Sequence record: PZ445446.1
DNA length: 64,000 nucleotides
DNA from: a phage
Reading direction: 5' to 3' (one strand)
Shown here one piece after another: positions 46,817-56,368 of the stretch. The number at the start of each line of letters is the position of its first letter. The stretch's first letter is position 1. The notes below the pieces were generated by a model. It saw only the letters and a program-made list of their open reading frames with translations, had not been told where the DNA came from and did no database searches. A program made the translations under genes and the position numbers.

Positions 46817-47800
46817 TTAGATTATCTGAATCAGGGTATTTTTCATTTCTTCTCTGGTGCGGATGTTGTTACGGTCACGAACAACAGATCCACAACCTTC
46901 GCAGCGGTATGTTTTAAATGCACTCAGTTGAGTATACGCCAAAGCTTCTTCCTCGTGAAGGTGTTCTCCACCACAGCGTGGGCAACGAACTTTTGGCTCC
47001 TCATCCTGGTAGTACAATGACATGTTGGGGTGCTGCTTAGCAAACGGGCGAGCCAGCAAATACAGGCCTTCCAGAGATAGGATATCGCCAACATTGTACT
47101 CCCGCATCTGTTTAAACGCCTCAAGATCACCGTGAACACACTTGATCCACATTTCAAATGTGTGGTCAATCAGTTTCTGTCGGGCAAGTTGGAAGTATTT
47201 GCATGCATACTCCAAAGTGTTTGCATTCAAACGGAATGCCTTCTTGATCATTTTAAGGGTGTCAACCTCTTTGTAGGGGCTTGTTGGAGGCAATCCGTGA
47301 AATGCAAATCGTTGGTTGGCCCACCCACAGTCAAAACCTGAATTGTGGGCTACTGCGACATCACATTTATCCAGATAATACCACAAATCCTGAATCAATT
47401 CGAGATCATTGTGAATATCCTCATCCCACATTTTGTAATCAGGAAGAGCGCAGTCAACCACACTAGGACTGTCTAACCACTTACCTGCGAAAGTTAGCAT
47501 GTAGGGCATAATTTCAATACCGCAGGTTTGAATGTTGGTCTTATAGTGCCCAAAGAACCAGCCGTTTGTTGGAGATGTCTCTGTATCATACACCCAAACT
47601 TTAGCACCTTTGTGCTCTTCAAGGAAGCGCTCCGTTGCTTCTCCTACAATCTCTGACATATTCTCTTGTGCACGTTTAAGCTGTAGTCGGATCCAGCTCT
47701 CACGTGACTCACGGCCTAAAAATTCACGAGCAATTTGTCTATTAGTGTATCCCTGTTGCTTTAGTGTTAAAATTTGCTCAAGAGTTAACTTTGTCATCAT
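46817..47800 (-). CDS. DEDDh 3'-5' exonuclease with N-terminal HTH and C-terminal zinc ribbon
   Basis: 327 aa; Exo I VYDTETSP, Exo II AHNSGFD; HTH-like YTNRQIAREFLG; C-terminal CPRCGG...CEGCGS. Confidence 0.6.
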   Translation of the reverse strand: MMTKLTLEQILTLKQQGYTNRQIAREFLGRESRESWIRLQLKRAQENMSEIVGEATERFLEEHKGAKVWVYDTETSPTNGWFFGHYKTNIQTCGIEIMPYMLTFAGKWLDSPSVVDCALPDYKMWDEDIHNDLELIQDLWYYLDKCDVAVAHNSGFDCGWANQRFAFHGLPPTSPYKEVDTLKMIKKAFRLNANTLEYACKYFQLARQKLIDHTFEMWIKCVHGDLEAFKQMREYNVGDILSLEGLYLLARPFAKQHPNMSLYYQDEEPKVRCPRCGGEHLHEEEALAYTQLSAFKTYRCEGCGSVVRDRNNIRTREEMKNTLIQII

Positions 47801-47812
47801 CGTTAAGATTCC

Positions 47813-48034
47813 TTAGTAAAACTGAAGAATGTCTTTTAAAGCGAAGTCACGATATTCGCCCTTGTCTACATCGAAGGCACGCATCAACCACTGCTCTTCT
47901 TTATGATACTCTGTAGAGCCAAACCATAAATTAGGCTCAGTAACGCAGCGATCTGCAACAACACCTTTCCAGTTACGGTATTTCATCCTGATCAGGACTG
48001 AGTCGCAAGGATTGAATACCTTTTTCATCCCCAT
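47813..48034 (-). CDS. hypothetical small protein
   Basis: 73 aa ORF; overlaps end of endonuclease VII-like gene. Confidence 0.35.
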   Translation of the reverse strand: MGMKKVFNPCDSVLIRMKYRNWKGVVADRCVTEPNLWFGSTEYHKEEQWLMRAFDVDKGEYRDFALKDILQFY

Positions 48035-48578
48035 AGAAATCTCTCTCCTCAGTTTTCTTTATAAACTCCTGCATGTAGGACTCAATAGCCTCATGCTTGG
48101 TGCACTCTGGATTAATGACAAGATTGAGATCTGATTCTGCTCGTGCAATGATCGTAGCTTTAGAGCATCTCCTCAAGAACTTTGTCATATCATCTCTGTA
48201 GTTTTTGTGGAGCGGGAAGTCGCTGTAGTCTTTCTCCAAATAGTCAGCCATCCGGCGCAACGCCTCTGATAAACTGCAATCTGTATACTCGTTACAGTAT
48301 TTCATCCAGTATTTAAGCACATACCCCTCAAAGGTATTAGTGCATTGTGACAAAACACCCCTGCAACGACCAGTCAGATGGTCATGATCCAAACAAGGCT
48401 TACGAAGTGGCTCGCACAAGATCGGATCAAGACCATCCTGCTCCTCTGACAATTCTTTTCGAAAGTTGGCTATGTCCTTAGAATCTTTTAACCACCCGTT
48501 ATGAACGGGGGCTTTGACAGCTTTCTTTCTTATTTTACGCTTTGCGATAATCCCTCCAGATGCGCCCTGCCTATCCAA
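47973..48578 (-). CDS. recombination endonuclease VII-like (T4 gp49-like)
   Basis: 201 aa; CLDHDHLTGRCRGVLSQCTN parallels T4 endo VII LDHDHELNGPKAGKVRGLLCNLCN. Confidence 0.6.
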   Translation of the reverse strand: MDRQGASGGIIAKRKIRKKAVKAPVHNGWLKDSKDIANFRKELSEEQDGLDPILCEPLRKPCLDHDHLTGRCRGVLSQCTNTFEGYVLKYWMKYCNEYTDCSLSEALRRMADYLEKDYSDFPLHKNYRDDMTKFLRRCSKATIIARAESDLNLVINPECTKHEAIESYMQEFIKKTEERDFYGDEKGIQSLRLSPDQDEIP

Positions 48579-49159
48579 TAAGCATCTGCGAGATCGGCCT
48601 TACCTTGTACCAAATTGATCCCATCTAGGAACCCAGGTTCAGATACTTCGCAGGCCTTAACCATCAACTTTTTATCCATCGTAACAGGTTTCTTCACAGT
48701 ATGCTCTTTACCTGTCTTTTTGTCAAGCTTTTTCTTCTCCTCGAAAGCAAGTTCCTCAGGAAGATGACTACGAGCAAACTTTTTGGCAGTTGTTGGTGTC
48801 ACTGTGTGGACCTTAAACAGGCCGTCATTTTCACAATCAGCTAAGGCATCCCAAAGCATAACTTCAAGACCGTAAAACAACCCAGCCAGTTCACGTGTGG
48901 CATCCCCGCGTGATCCAAAGGAAAGCCCTTCCATAACTACAGTGTCAACGCCGTGCGTGTGGATATAATATCTGACCTGTTTGCAGATCCAGTCAATACG
49001 CTCAGCAGCTGTTGCAAAAGAAACCGTCCCTGGTTTCTTCTCTTTTGCAGATGAGCTTTGAGTTCGTAACACAACCTTATGAACAGGCTTTCCATCGTCC
49101 CATACAACGCAAGCTGTGTGTGTCAACGACTGGTCTATGGATAATAGACGCTCTCTCAT
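48530..49159 (-). CDS. RuvC-like Holliday junction resolvase
   Basis: 209 aa; N-terminal LSIDQSLTHTACVV (RuvC GIDPG-like) and C-terminal ADLADAYWIGRA (RuvC DAADAxAIA-like). Confidence 0.45.
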   Translation of the reverse strand: MRERLLSIDQSLTHTACVVWDDGKPVHKVVLRTQSSSAKEKKPGTVSFATAAERIDWICKQVRYYIHTHGVDTVVMEGLSFGSRGDATRELAGLFYGLEVMLWDALADCENDGLFKVHTVTPTTAKKFARSHLPEELAFEEKKKLDKKTGKEHTVKKPVTMDKKLMVKACEVSEPGFLDGINLVQGKADLADAYWIGRAHLEGLSQSVK

Positions 49160-49491
49160 GCTTCCTCATCCTCCTCTCCTTCATCAGGAGCATAAGCCTT
49201 ATCTTTGAACAATACGAGAGAGCAAAGCTTAACATCTGTTTCCACACTGGTGAACATGCATAACCGCTCGCCCTCAATCAGCTCACAATCCTCTTTTAAA
49301 ACAGCAGACCATACACGGTCATCTGCGTAATCATCCGTGTACAGGATGTATGAAATGGTGTCATCTTCATACAACCGCCACATACCTGTGGCAACAACGA
49401 ATGTATTTTTTGTTTTAAGTGTCCCTGTTGTGTGATCATCCTCAAAAACAGCTTCCATAATTGCGTTATCTACAGAATTTTTAGTCATCAA
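49156..49491 (-). CDS. hypothetical acidic protein
   Basis: 111 aa ORF. Confidence 0.4.
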   Translation of the reverse strand: MMTKNSVDNAIMEAVFEDDHTTGTLKTKNTFVVATGMWRLYEDDTISYILYTDDYADDRVWSAVLKEDCELIEGERLCMFTSVETDVKLCSLVLFKDKAYAPDEGEEDEEA

Positions 49492-50627
49492 ATTGCTCCA
49501 ACATTTCTAAGAACGTTAACAAGTTTTGTTTGATCATTGAATGTTCGCTTCATATACAAACAGTCAAAAATTATACTCATCCATTGACCTACGGAAATTC
49601 TACGATCAATACCATTGAAGTCAGTATACTTAACAACACCTTTCGGGAACCACTTCTTGTACTGATCAATAATAGCCACCCACATCTCCTTTGGAGTGCT
49701 GCACTGAGACAGTAGGTAGAATGCTGAGGCATCTCCGAACTTACCCTTACCGATAAGTCCTTGATACGGCTTGATGTTGTCAGCAGAGTCACCACACAGC
49801 ATTTGGTATCCGAAGAACAGCATTCCGTAACCACCAACCTCTCCATTAGGCTTCATGAAGATGTCCCCCATACCGTTATCGATCAGCATAGGGGTTTCCC
49901 TTACAAAATCTCCCTTATCGTTTCGCATGGGATCGAACACAAGCCCCGGTAGTGTTCTTTGGTCCTTATCAATAGAGATAATAAACTTGTTGAACTTACC
50001 TGTTTTTTGGTAGTGGTTCCAACCTTCAAATTGCTGGATAGCTAACCAGTCATCAGCCTCGATACCGTTGATCACTTGAGCATTATACTGCTTTTGGAGA
50101 TACTGTCTTGCATCTCCAAGCAGCAGTGGTCGAAGAGTATTGTTACGGTTGGCTTTGTATCTTTCCGGCATTGGAAGATCTAGTCTGAAGTTACCTGTGC
50201 CTCCCAACACCCCGACACATCGCTCTTCCGGAATACCAAGATAGTTAAGAACTGCATTTGCCTTACATTTTATTGTGTGCAAGCAGTTCTCTACAGGGTC
50301 AGGTGTTTGGATATCCAAGACATCAAAATCTTCACGTGTCCACGGAATAAACTCCTTACCAGACTTTTTACATGCGGCTTCACGGTTGGTATTCTCAGCT
50401 TTTAGCCAACCACCAACGGTGTTCTTCTGCCGCCCCCAGAACTCTGTTCGTGTTTTAAACATCTTCTTACGTCCGGAGGCTTTGTGTGTTACCTCAATTG
50501 TCCTTTTTTCACAACTTGCTGCAGCTTGATATGCAACCTGATCGAAGTCATAATAAACTATAGCGTCAGGTTCAAGAAGATCAGCCAGACAATCTATGGA
50601 CTCAATAAGTGGATATTCTCTACTCAA
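49488..50627 (-). CDS. RNase H / 5'-3' exonuclease (T4 rnh-like, FEN family)
   Basis: 379 aa; VYYDFDQVA, IEADDWLA, ISIDKD and GDSADNI align with T4 RNase H CLIDFSQIA, YEADDHIA, ISSDGD and GDKKDNV. Confidence 0.65.
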   Translation of the reverse strand: MSREYPLIESIDCLADLLEPDAIVYYDFDQVAYQAAASCEKRTIEVTHKASGRKKMFKTRTEFWGRQKNTVGGWLKAENTNREAACKKSGKEFIPWTREDFDVLDIQTPDPVENCLHTIKCKANAVLNYLGIPEERCVGVLGGTGNFRLDLPMPERYKANRNNTLRPLLLGDARQYLQKQYNAQVINGIEADDWLAIQQFEGWNHYQKTGKFNKFIISIDKDQRTLPGLVFDPMRNDKGDFVRETPMLIDNGMGDIFMKPNGEVGGYGMLFFGYQMLCGDSADNIKPYQGLIGKGKFGDASAFYLLSQCSTPKEMWVAIIDQYKKWFPKGVVKYTDFNGIDRRISVGQWMSIIFDCLYMKRTFNDQTKLVNVLRNVGAI

Positions 50628-50928
50628 AGACCCTCCTGTTAGTTATTCTGCAAGATGGTTGGATGCTGTAATGGAATGCATCATCACTCTCTGCAATAAG
50701 TGACTCAACATCCCAATACTTTTCAAAAAGGAACGGATTAGACCCCCAGTGGTGGGTTATTTTCATCAAGGAGTCTGGTATCATATAACCACAGATCTTA
50801 ATTACATCGCCAGGTTGAATTGTGTTTTCATGAAGGTTGCTTGCCTTCTTCAGAATCATACCTTTATGATTCTCGTTTGCATACAACTGGACAATATCTT
50901 TATCTTCAACAATAAAAATTTTAAGCAT
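50620..50928 (-). CDS. hypothetical protein
   Basis: 102 aa ORF. Confidence 0.4.
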   Translation of the reverse strand: MLKIFIVEDKDIVQLYANENHKGMILKKASNLHENTIQPGDVIKICGYMIPDSLMKITHHWGSNPFLFEKYWDVESLIAESDDAFHYSIQPSCRITNRRVFE

Positions 50929-50987
50929 ACCTAGTTCTCCTAGTTTATAGATATCTGACCGATAATATCAGATTAATAACACTTTTG

Positions 50988-51281
50988 TCAAGACTTTTTA
51001 GTCTTTCTTGGAGAGCTTTTTGTTGATCTTTTCCTTTTGTGGTAGATTCCAAGTGCAGCGTTTTCTTGGGCGCACGTTTTAACAGTTCTCAGACAAGAGC
51101 TTTCAGCTTTAGGCAGGTTTAACTCCCACCAACCAAGCCAGTAAAGTTCTGATTCAGACAACTGCTCAGATTCAGCCTTCCGATACAAGGCTTGCATACC
51201 TCTGATGATATCGTCCAGAGGTGTATCGAATACAAAAGCTGTCTTATCGAATTTCTCTTTTACAGATCTCTTAGCCATCAA
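50988..51281 (-). CDS. hypothetical basic protein
   Basis: 97 aa ORF with basic C-terminus. Confidence 0.4.
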   Translation of the reverse strand: MMAKRSVKEKFDKTAFVFDTPLDDIIRGMQALYRKAESEQLSESELYWLGWWELNLPKAESSCLRTVKTCAQENAALGIYHKRKRSTKSSPRKTKKS

Positions 51282-51735
51282 GGTAACCCTCTATCCACGA
51301 AAAGTCAGTCTTCCACTCTGGAACTTTACTAAGCTCACGCCACTCTGCAAAGCAGTCTCGGTAATACGCCTCTGCCATACCTTTGGTGATCTTATTCACC
51401 TTAGCCAACTGATTAACTGCCTGAGCATACTTTCCACGAATATTTGCTAACCCAGGATGCACCGATGTGTGACAATCTGGGCACAACGCTATCAGTCCGA
51501 CAAGCCGGATCACTCCCTCTTCGAAAGTGTAAAGTTCATGACACTCCACTGGGTGTTTGCTGCCTTTACCGCCACACACCTCACAAGTGTAGTTGGCTTC
51601 TCTATAGCACTTCTTGCGGATCTTATCCCACTCACTCTTCTTCACAGCGTTTCGGAGGTTATTATACCAAGCTGTTTCTGGGATCAGTTGCACAATAAGC
51701 CTGCGTTCAGACTTCATTAAACGTCCGTCTTCCAC
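51271..51735 (-). CDS. HNH endonuclease
   Basis: 154 aa; CEVCGG...HPVECHELY...CPDCH HNH/zinc motif. Confidence 0.6.
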   Translation of the reverse strand: MEDGRLMKSERRLIVQLIPETAWYNNLRNAVKKSEWDKIRKKCYREANYTCEVCGGKGSKHPVECHELYTFEEGVIRLVGLIALCPDCHTSVHPGLANIRGKYAQAVNQLAKVNKITKGMAEAYYRDCFAEWRELSKVPEWKTDFSWIEGYLDG

Positions 51736-51744
51736 GTATCCCCC

Positions 51745-51951
51745 TTATTCAAAGAAATGGGTGCGAGGGCAGGAACCTGCCTCGCCTTGTTTCACAAGCT
51801 CGTAGAGCTCACCTTGGCTTGTCTCATAAAGGCAAATACGTTTACCATTGTCCCGATACACATCGACAAGATACGCTGTTTCACCTGCAAACACGACACC
51901 ACAGGCCAGACATGCTGCCATGAACAAAATTGCCAACAGAAAATCTTTCAT
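51745..51951 (-). CDS. putative secreted protein or lipoprotein
   Basis: 68 aa; signal-like N-terminus with cysteines (LAILFMAACLACGVV); immediately downstream of lysozyme. Confidence 0.4.
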   Translation of the reverse strand: MKDFLLAILFMAACLACGVVFAGETAYLVDVYRDNGKRICLYETSQGELYELVKQGEAGSCPRTHFFE

Positions 51952-52014
51952 GGTTAAACCCTCCTGAACATCTTATGAGGTAACAATACCACGTCCGTGT
52001 GGTCATGTCAATGA

Positions 52015-52485
52015 TCAATCCAGGACAACGCCGCCTGCCTTTTTAAACACCTCGATCAACTTCTCGATCTTCTGTTCATGCTGACCATATCCAGCACCAG
52101 GTAACGAAGCCCAGCGGCTGCGGCATTTATAGATGGCCTGATGAATACGCCCTTCATCAATGTCGGCGAGAGCCTTGCACTCACGGATCAGTTGCAACGC
52201 AATCTTGTCCTGACTGGCAGGGCCAAAATCTGGTAATCCTAACTGTTTCATGTAGTGTTTAGCAAACTTCTCCAAAACCTGGTAACGACCAGCAGCGGAG
52301 GAGGTAAGTTTAGCATTTAGCTTAACGTAAACACCAGGATGCTTGCTATAATCGCTGAACAGCTTGCCGCCGACTATGACATCGTACCCCCGATCCTTAG
52401 TAGGTTGTCTACCATTATCTGTGCCTTCCGAATATGCGATCATATCCAAGAAAGCTTTTCGTTGAACATTTTTATCAAGTTTCAT
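52015..52485 (-). CDS. endolysin, lambda R-type lytic transglycosylase
   Basis: 156 aa; QRKAFLDMIAYSEGTDNGRQ...GYDVIVGG...WASLPGAGYGQ closely matches phage lambda R. Confidence 0.8.
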   Translation of the reverse strand: MKLDKNVQRKAFLDMIAYSEGTDNGRQPTKDRGYDVIVGGKLFSDYSKHPGVYVKLNAKLTSSAAGRYQVLEKFAKHYMKQLGLPDFGPASQDKIALQLIRECKALADIDEGRIHQAIYKCRSRWASLPGAGYGQHEQKIEKLIEVFKKAGGVVLD

Positions 52486-52609
52486 TTTTCATACTCTCCA
52501 GTTTACTCATAACTAACCAGATCAACAACACTGCATAGTGTGGTTATGTAGGTGCCAATTGAAAAACCATCATTCAATTGGCTACCGTTACCTACTAGAC
52601 CCTCCTACA

Positions 52610-53893
52610 TCATTCCAGAACCTCCCAAGTATCTGGGTTAACATTTCGGACGCAGATACCGACAGGGAATTGGTAGTTGTTGTCTTCTGTCCTTGCTTGA
52701 TATTTGAAGGTGACAAACTTGCCGATCATTTCCTGCATCCTGTCATAGCTACGCTCCTCGTGCGTGCCTTTCATCTTCATTTTAACAACAACACCCTCCT
52801 TGTCAACACAGATAAGAACACCTTCATCATTCTTATCTTTCTCAACGTCAATAACTTTCACCTCTGCGTCGTTGAACTTTTTCCATTTCAATGCTTCAGA
52901 TGTTCGCTGACCATACTCATACTTACCACAGAAGTTACGCATAATGGTACCTTCATATCCTTCAGACATAAATATACCAACAGACTCTTCGCACCGATCA
53001 ACTGTATATGCAAGCTCTGCATCAACAACCTTAATATGATCAAGCATCAAAGAAGAAATAGCACCATTTGCCTCCATAAGATCCTTACAGCGCCCAGACT
53101 CTGTTTCAGGATCCCACCACACCTTATCGCTAGGGATATCGAAAATATGATACTCTAAGTCGTAGCTGCAGTACCCTCCGTAACGCAAATCATCACGAAC
53201 AGGCTCAACATCAACAGGAATGTCCATCTTGTTGAAGTTTTTGTATGTTGCTAAACCTGCCTTAATCGCAGCCTGACGTCGTTTTTTATCTGCCTTGTAG
53301 TCTTTATCGATCTCGGCCTGAATTTCTTCCTGTGTGCGCCATCGTTTAGCAAGAGAAACTATTTTCTGCAGAGGCAGACCATGAATATAGAGCTCTCCGT
53401 CGAGCTGTTTAATCCCAGTGGTGAGGTGGAAAGAGCGAAGTTGCTCCAGAAGCTTTCCTTGAATAGGGTAGGACTTATTACCACGGGAAATAAATTTGGG
53501 CTCACCATTCTGGAAAACAACAAGTAGACGAAGGCCATCTAACTTACGCAAGATCCAGCAAGGTAATTTAAGAGCCTTGCCACGCTTCAGGTAGTCATGC
53601 ACCAGCATGGGTAAAAGGTCAACACCCTGCTCGCAATCTTCCATATTCTCAACATACCCCAGACGGACTTGTTTTTCCCACTTGCTAATAGCCTCAAGCT
53701 CGGCCTGTTGCTCAGCGGTAGTCTCGTTGGTACGACCTACGTTCTTAGGCGTGCATACCGTCTCTTTGTATTGCAGTTTACCATCAAGCTTGCCAAACTC
53801 TACGATAACCTTATCACCATCCGTGAATACTTTCCACTGTTGGTAGCTGCCATCTTTGTTCAGTGCGTACAGTGTTGTTTTGATCTGATGCAT
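52610..53893 (-). CDS. ATP-dependent DNA ligase
   Basis: 427 aa; adenylation motif I KLDGLR (KxDGxR). Confidence 0.65.
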   Translation of the reverse strand: MHQIKTTLYALNKDGSYQQWKVFTDGDKVIVEFGKLDGKLQYKETVCTPKNVGRTNETTAEQQAELEAISKWEKQVRLGYVENMEDCEQGVDLLPMLVHDYLKRGKALKLPCWILRKLDGLRLLVVFQNGEPKFISRGNKSYPIQGKLLEQLRSFHLTTGIKQLDGELYIHGLPLQKIVSLAKRWRTQEEIQAEIDKDYKADKKRRQAAIKAGLATYKNFNKMDIPVDVEPVRDDLRYGGYCSYDLEYHIFDIPSDKVWWDPETESGRCKDLMEANGAISSLMLDHIKVVDAELAYTVDRCEESVGIFMSEGYEGTIMRNFCGKYEYGQRTSEALKWKKFNDAEVKVIDVEKDKNDEGVLICVDKEGVVVKMKMKGTHEERSYDRMQEMIGKFVTFKYQARTEDNNYQFPVGICVRNVNPDTWEVLE

Positions 53894-54162
53894 TACTCGG
53901 CCTCTTCCTTAAAAATGTTAAACATCTCTTCTTTACTCATTACCAACCAGTCTCCCATAAAGTCAACTAACCAATCTCCCTGGTACAAGACCAGGTTACC
54001 AAACGGCTCGACAAGCTCACACATGCGACGAAGATCTCTGGTACGAACAGGTGACGATGTAAACACACCTGTATCAATCCACCGTTGCAGATCAGATACT
54101 GATGAAGAGCTTCCGTCAAACTGGTGTGCTTCTACAGGTTTAGCAAGATTAAATAACGGCAC
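53893..54162 (-). CDS. hypothetical protein
   Basis: 89 aa ORF; start/stop overlap with ligase. Confidence 0.4.
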   Translation of the reverse strand: MPLFNLAKPVEAHQFDGSSSSVSDLQRWIDTGVFTSSPVRTRDLRRMCELVEPFGNLVLYQGDWLVDFMGDWLVMSKEEMFNIFKEEAE

Positions 54163-54487
54163 TGCAGTCCTCCTTATCTAATAGGTCTTTTATCGGGTAA
54201 ACAAGCAGGTGTGGATCGTAATAATTTATAGTTTTATTCTGCCACACTATGAACTTAATTACAACTAAATTTACCACATCTTTATCTCCATGTAGTCCAA
54301 CACACAGATTTGTCCATATTTTGTGGTTGAATACTTTGCTGTCGATGTAGATCTTAGTGTCAAACTTATCCTCTATCCTGCCTATGAGTTTAACCAACTC
54401 TTTCATCTGATCCCCAAACACAGCATCGTTTTCAAGATCTCTAGAGTGCTTGTACATAACTATCTTCCTCACTTGCATACTTTCCAC
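54149..54487 (-). CDS. hypothetical protein
   Basis: 112 aa ORF. Confidence 0.4.
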   Translation of the reverse strand: MESMQVRKIVMYKHSRDLENDAVFGDQMKELVKLIGRIEDKFDTKIYIDSKVFNHKIWTNLCVGLHGDKDVVNLVVIKFIVWQNKTINYYDPHLLVYPIKDLLDKEDCSAVI

Positions 54488-54520
54488 AACAAGTAAAGCC
54501 GGGTAATCCCGGCTATGTTG

Positions 54521-55234
54521 TTAAATATACTCTGTTACATCCTTGAAGCTCGAAGGCTTCATGATCTTACCTTTGCTGTCAAGGAATATGATAACTTTAT
54601 TACCGTTGTAGAATTCTTCCTTAGCAACAAAACCTTCATATCGACCATCAAAGCGTCGCTCAAGATCTTTAATCTCCAACTCGATGAGTTGTTCAGCAGG
54701 CATATCTGCACTGGCACCGTGTGAATACTGTAGATGGTTGACCCGTGCAAACTTGCTGTCATTCGATTTGAGAACCTTACGCATCATCCCGCACACATCG
54801 CCGCGAAGCTGGAACAGCAAAGCTGTTGACAACTCTGCTAAGCGGTAAGCGGACGCTTTTTGCTTAGAGGTGTTTTTCGCAGCGATCAGTGTATCATAGA
54901 ACTCACCGATCTTGAACTTAAGACCCTGTGGATTATCAAACAGGTTTGACCACTTTTCGTGATTATCATTAACAAGATAAGCGGCATAACTTGTGACAAC
55001 GTGAAGATCGCAGGCCTCTTTTAGCAGGTGATCTCCGCCATCACCTTTCTCCAGCTCTTCCAAAACTTCATTGAACTCTTCCTCAATGAAGCTAAGCTGT
55101 AATTCGAATGGTGTGTATGATTTTTTCACTTTAGCTGCCACACGGTTCCAGTTTTCCACCCAGTTGGCAGACCAAAGGTAGTTTTCAGGTTGGGACAGTT
55201 TTTCCAGGTTGTCAATTAATTTGGTATTCAGCAT
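54521..55234 (-). CDS. hypothetical protein (possible MazG-like nucleotide pyrophosphohydrolase)
   Basis: 237 aa; FIEEEFNEVLEELEKGD...ACDLHVV is reminiscent of the MazG/HisE EExxE...E...D motif; assignment weak. Confidence 0.3.
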   Translation of the reverse strand: MLNTKLIDNLEKLSQPENYLWSANWVENWNRVAAKVKKSYTPFELQLSFIEEEFNEVLEELEKGDGGDHLLKEACDLHVVTSYAAYLVNDNHEKWSNLFDNPQGLKFKIGEFYDTLIAAKNTSKQKASAYRLAELSTALLFQLRGDVCGMMRKVLKSNDSKFARVNHLQYSHGASADMPAEQLIELEIKDLERRFDGRYEGFVAKEEFYNGNKVIIFLDSKGKIMKPSSFKDVTEYI

Positions 55235-55247
55235 TAAAGGTCTCCTT

Positions 55248-56009
55248 TTAAAGTTCCATAAAGTTTTCTACGGTCTCAATGAATGTTTTATCAGAGAAAG
55301 CATCAACCGCCCCGTTAAACCAAACTGGGATGCCGCGATCCTCATATTGGTAAATATCACTACGTGAAATACCATTCTCCCCTAGCTGCTGTGAGTCGTA
55401 TTTGTTAACGATCAGCAGTTTGGTTCCCTTATTGCAGGCAGGGAATAGCTCCCAGTTAAAATTGATAACTGTGTTGGAACACCCTACAAGGATAACCATA
55501 TCATTACTCGTAAGAGAAGTCAACAGGTCATACATGTCTGTATACTTCGGAGCTACTTCTCCGAAGAACACCACATTAGGTTTAACCCAGGTATACTTTC
55601 CTGCATCTACCTCAGAGTATCCAATGTCCTTAATGACGTCACTTCCTTCATCGTCCTCATAGACTATTTCTGGCAAATACCCGTGAACATGTAAAATATC
55701 TTCATGTTTTACACCAGCACGCTCCAGCAAATCATCTACATTGGTGGTAAGGTTGATCACACGACCAGACCAGCGGGAATACCACTCAGCGATCCGAAGA
55801 TGTGCAAGGTTAGGCTCAACACCGCCTAGAGCTACACGACGTGCATTGTAAAAGTCATGCACCTTGTAGTAGTTCTTGGCAAAGGTGTGGATGTTGCACA
55901 CCTCATCGATGCTGAAATTCTCCCACATTGCAGTGCTACCAGATCGGAAAGTGGGAATACCAGATTCAGCGCTCAAACCAGCACCGGAGATAATAATCAG
56001 TCGTCGCAT
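55248..56009 (-). CDS. Sir2-family NAD-dependent protein (sirtuin-like, no Zn module)
   Basis: 253 aa; GAGLSAESGIPTFR matches the sirtuin NAD-binding motif; HG catalytic dyad; no CxxC...CxxC zinc ribbon. Confidence 0.7.
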   Translation of the reverse strand: MRRLIIISGAGLSAESGIPTFRSGSTAMWENFSIDEVCNIHTFAKNYYKVHDFYNARRVALGGVEPNLAHLRIAEWYSRWSGRVINLTTNVDDLLERAGVKHEDILHVHGYLPEIVYEDDEGSDVIKDIGYSEVDAGKYTWVKPNVVFFGEVAPKYTDMYDLLTSLTSNDMVILVGCSNTVINFNWELFPACNKGTKLLIVNKYDSQQLGENGISRSDIYQYEDRGIPVWFNGAVDAFSDKTFIETVENFMEL

Positions 56010-56017
56010 AAGTGTCC

Positions 56018-56368
56018 TCAGTAGATGTTTTGTTTAATCTCTATTCCAAACTTTTTAAACGAGTCAGCTGCAAGCATGAATTTACGAGCCGCTGATGGGT
56101 TAGAAGTATGCACGAAAATCTTCACGTTGTCAACTACAGGGGGCTTACCAAATACAAATTTTTCCTCCAACATAGATAGGCAATCGTACCCTTCGAACAC
56201 CTCTCCAAGGTCGTTGTCCATGTGCCACTCAGAAACGCGTCTGTAGAGCTTTCCCCTATCGTTAATAAAATCTATAAACTCGGAGGAATTCTTTAGCCAA
56301 ATAGCGTCTGGGAGCCCATAATTTGACGGATCTCTCAAGTCATCCAGCCACACAATCAACTTCTTCAT
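56018..56368 (-). CDS. hypothetical protein
   Basis: 116 aa ORF between Sir2 and RNA ligase. Confidence 0.4.
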   Translation of the reverse strand: MKKLIVWLDDLRDPSNYGLPDAIWLKNSSEFIDFINDRGKLYRRVSEWHMDNDLGEVFEGYDCLSMLEEKFVFGKPPVVDNVKIFVHTSNPSAARKFMLAADSFKKFGIEIKQNIY

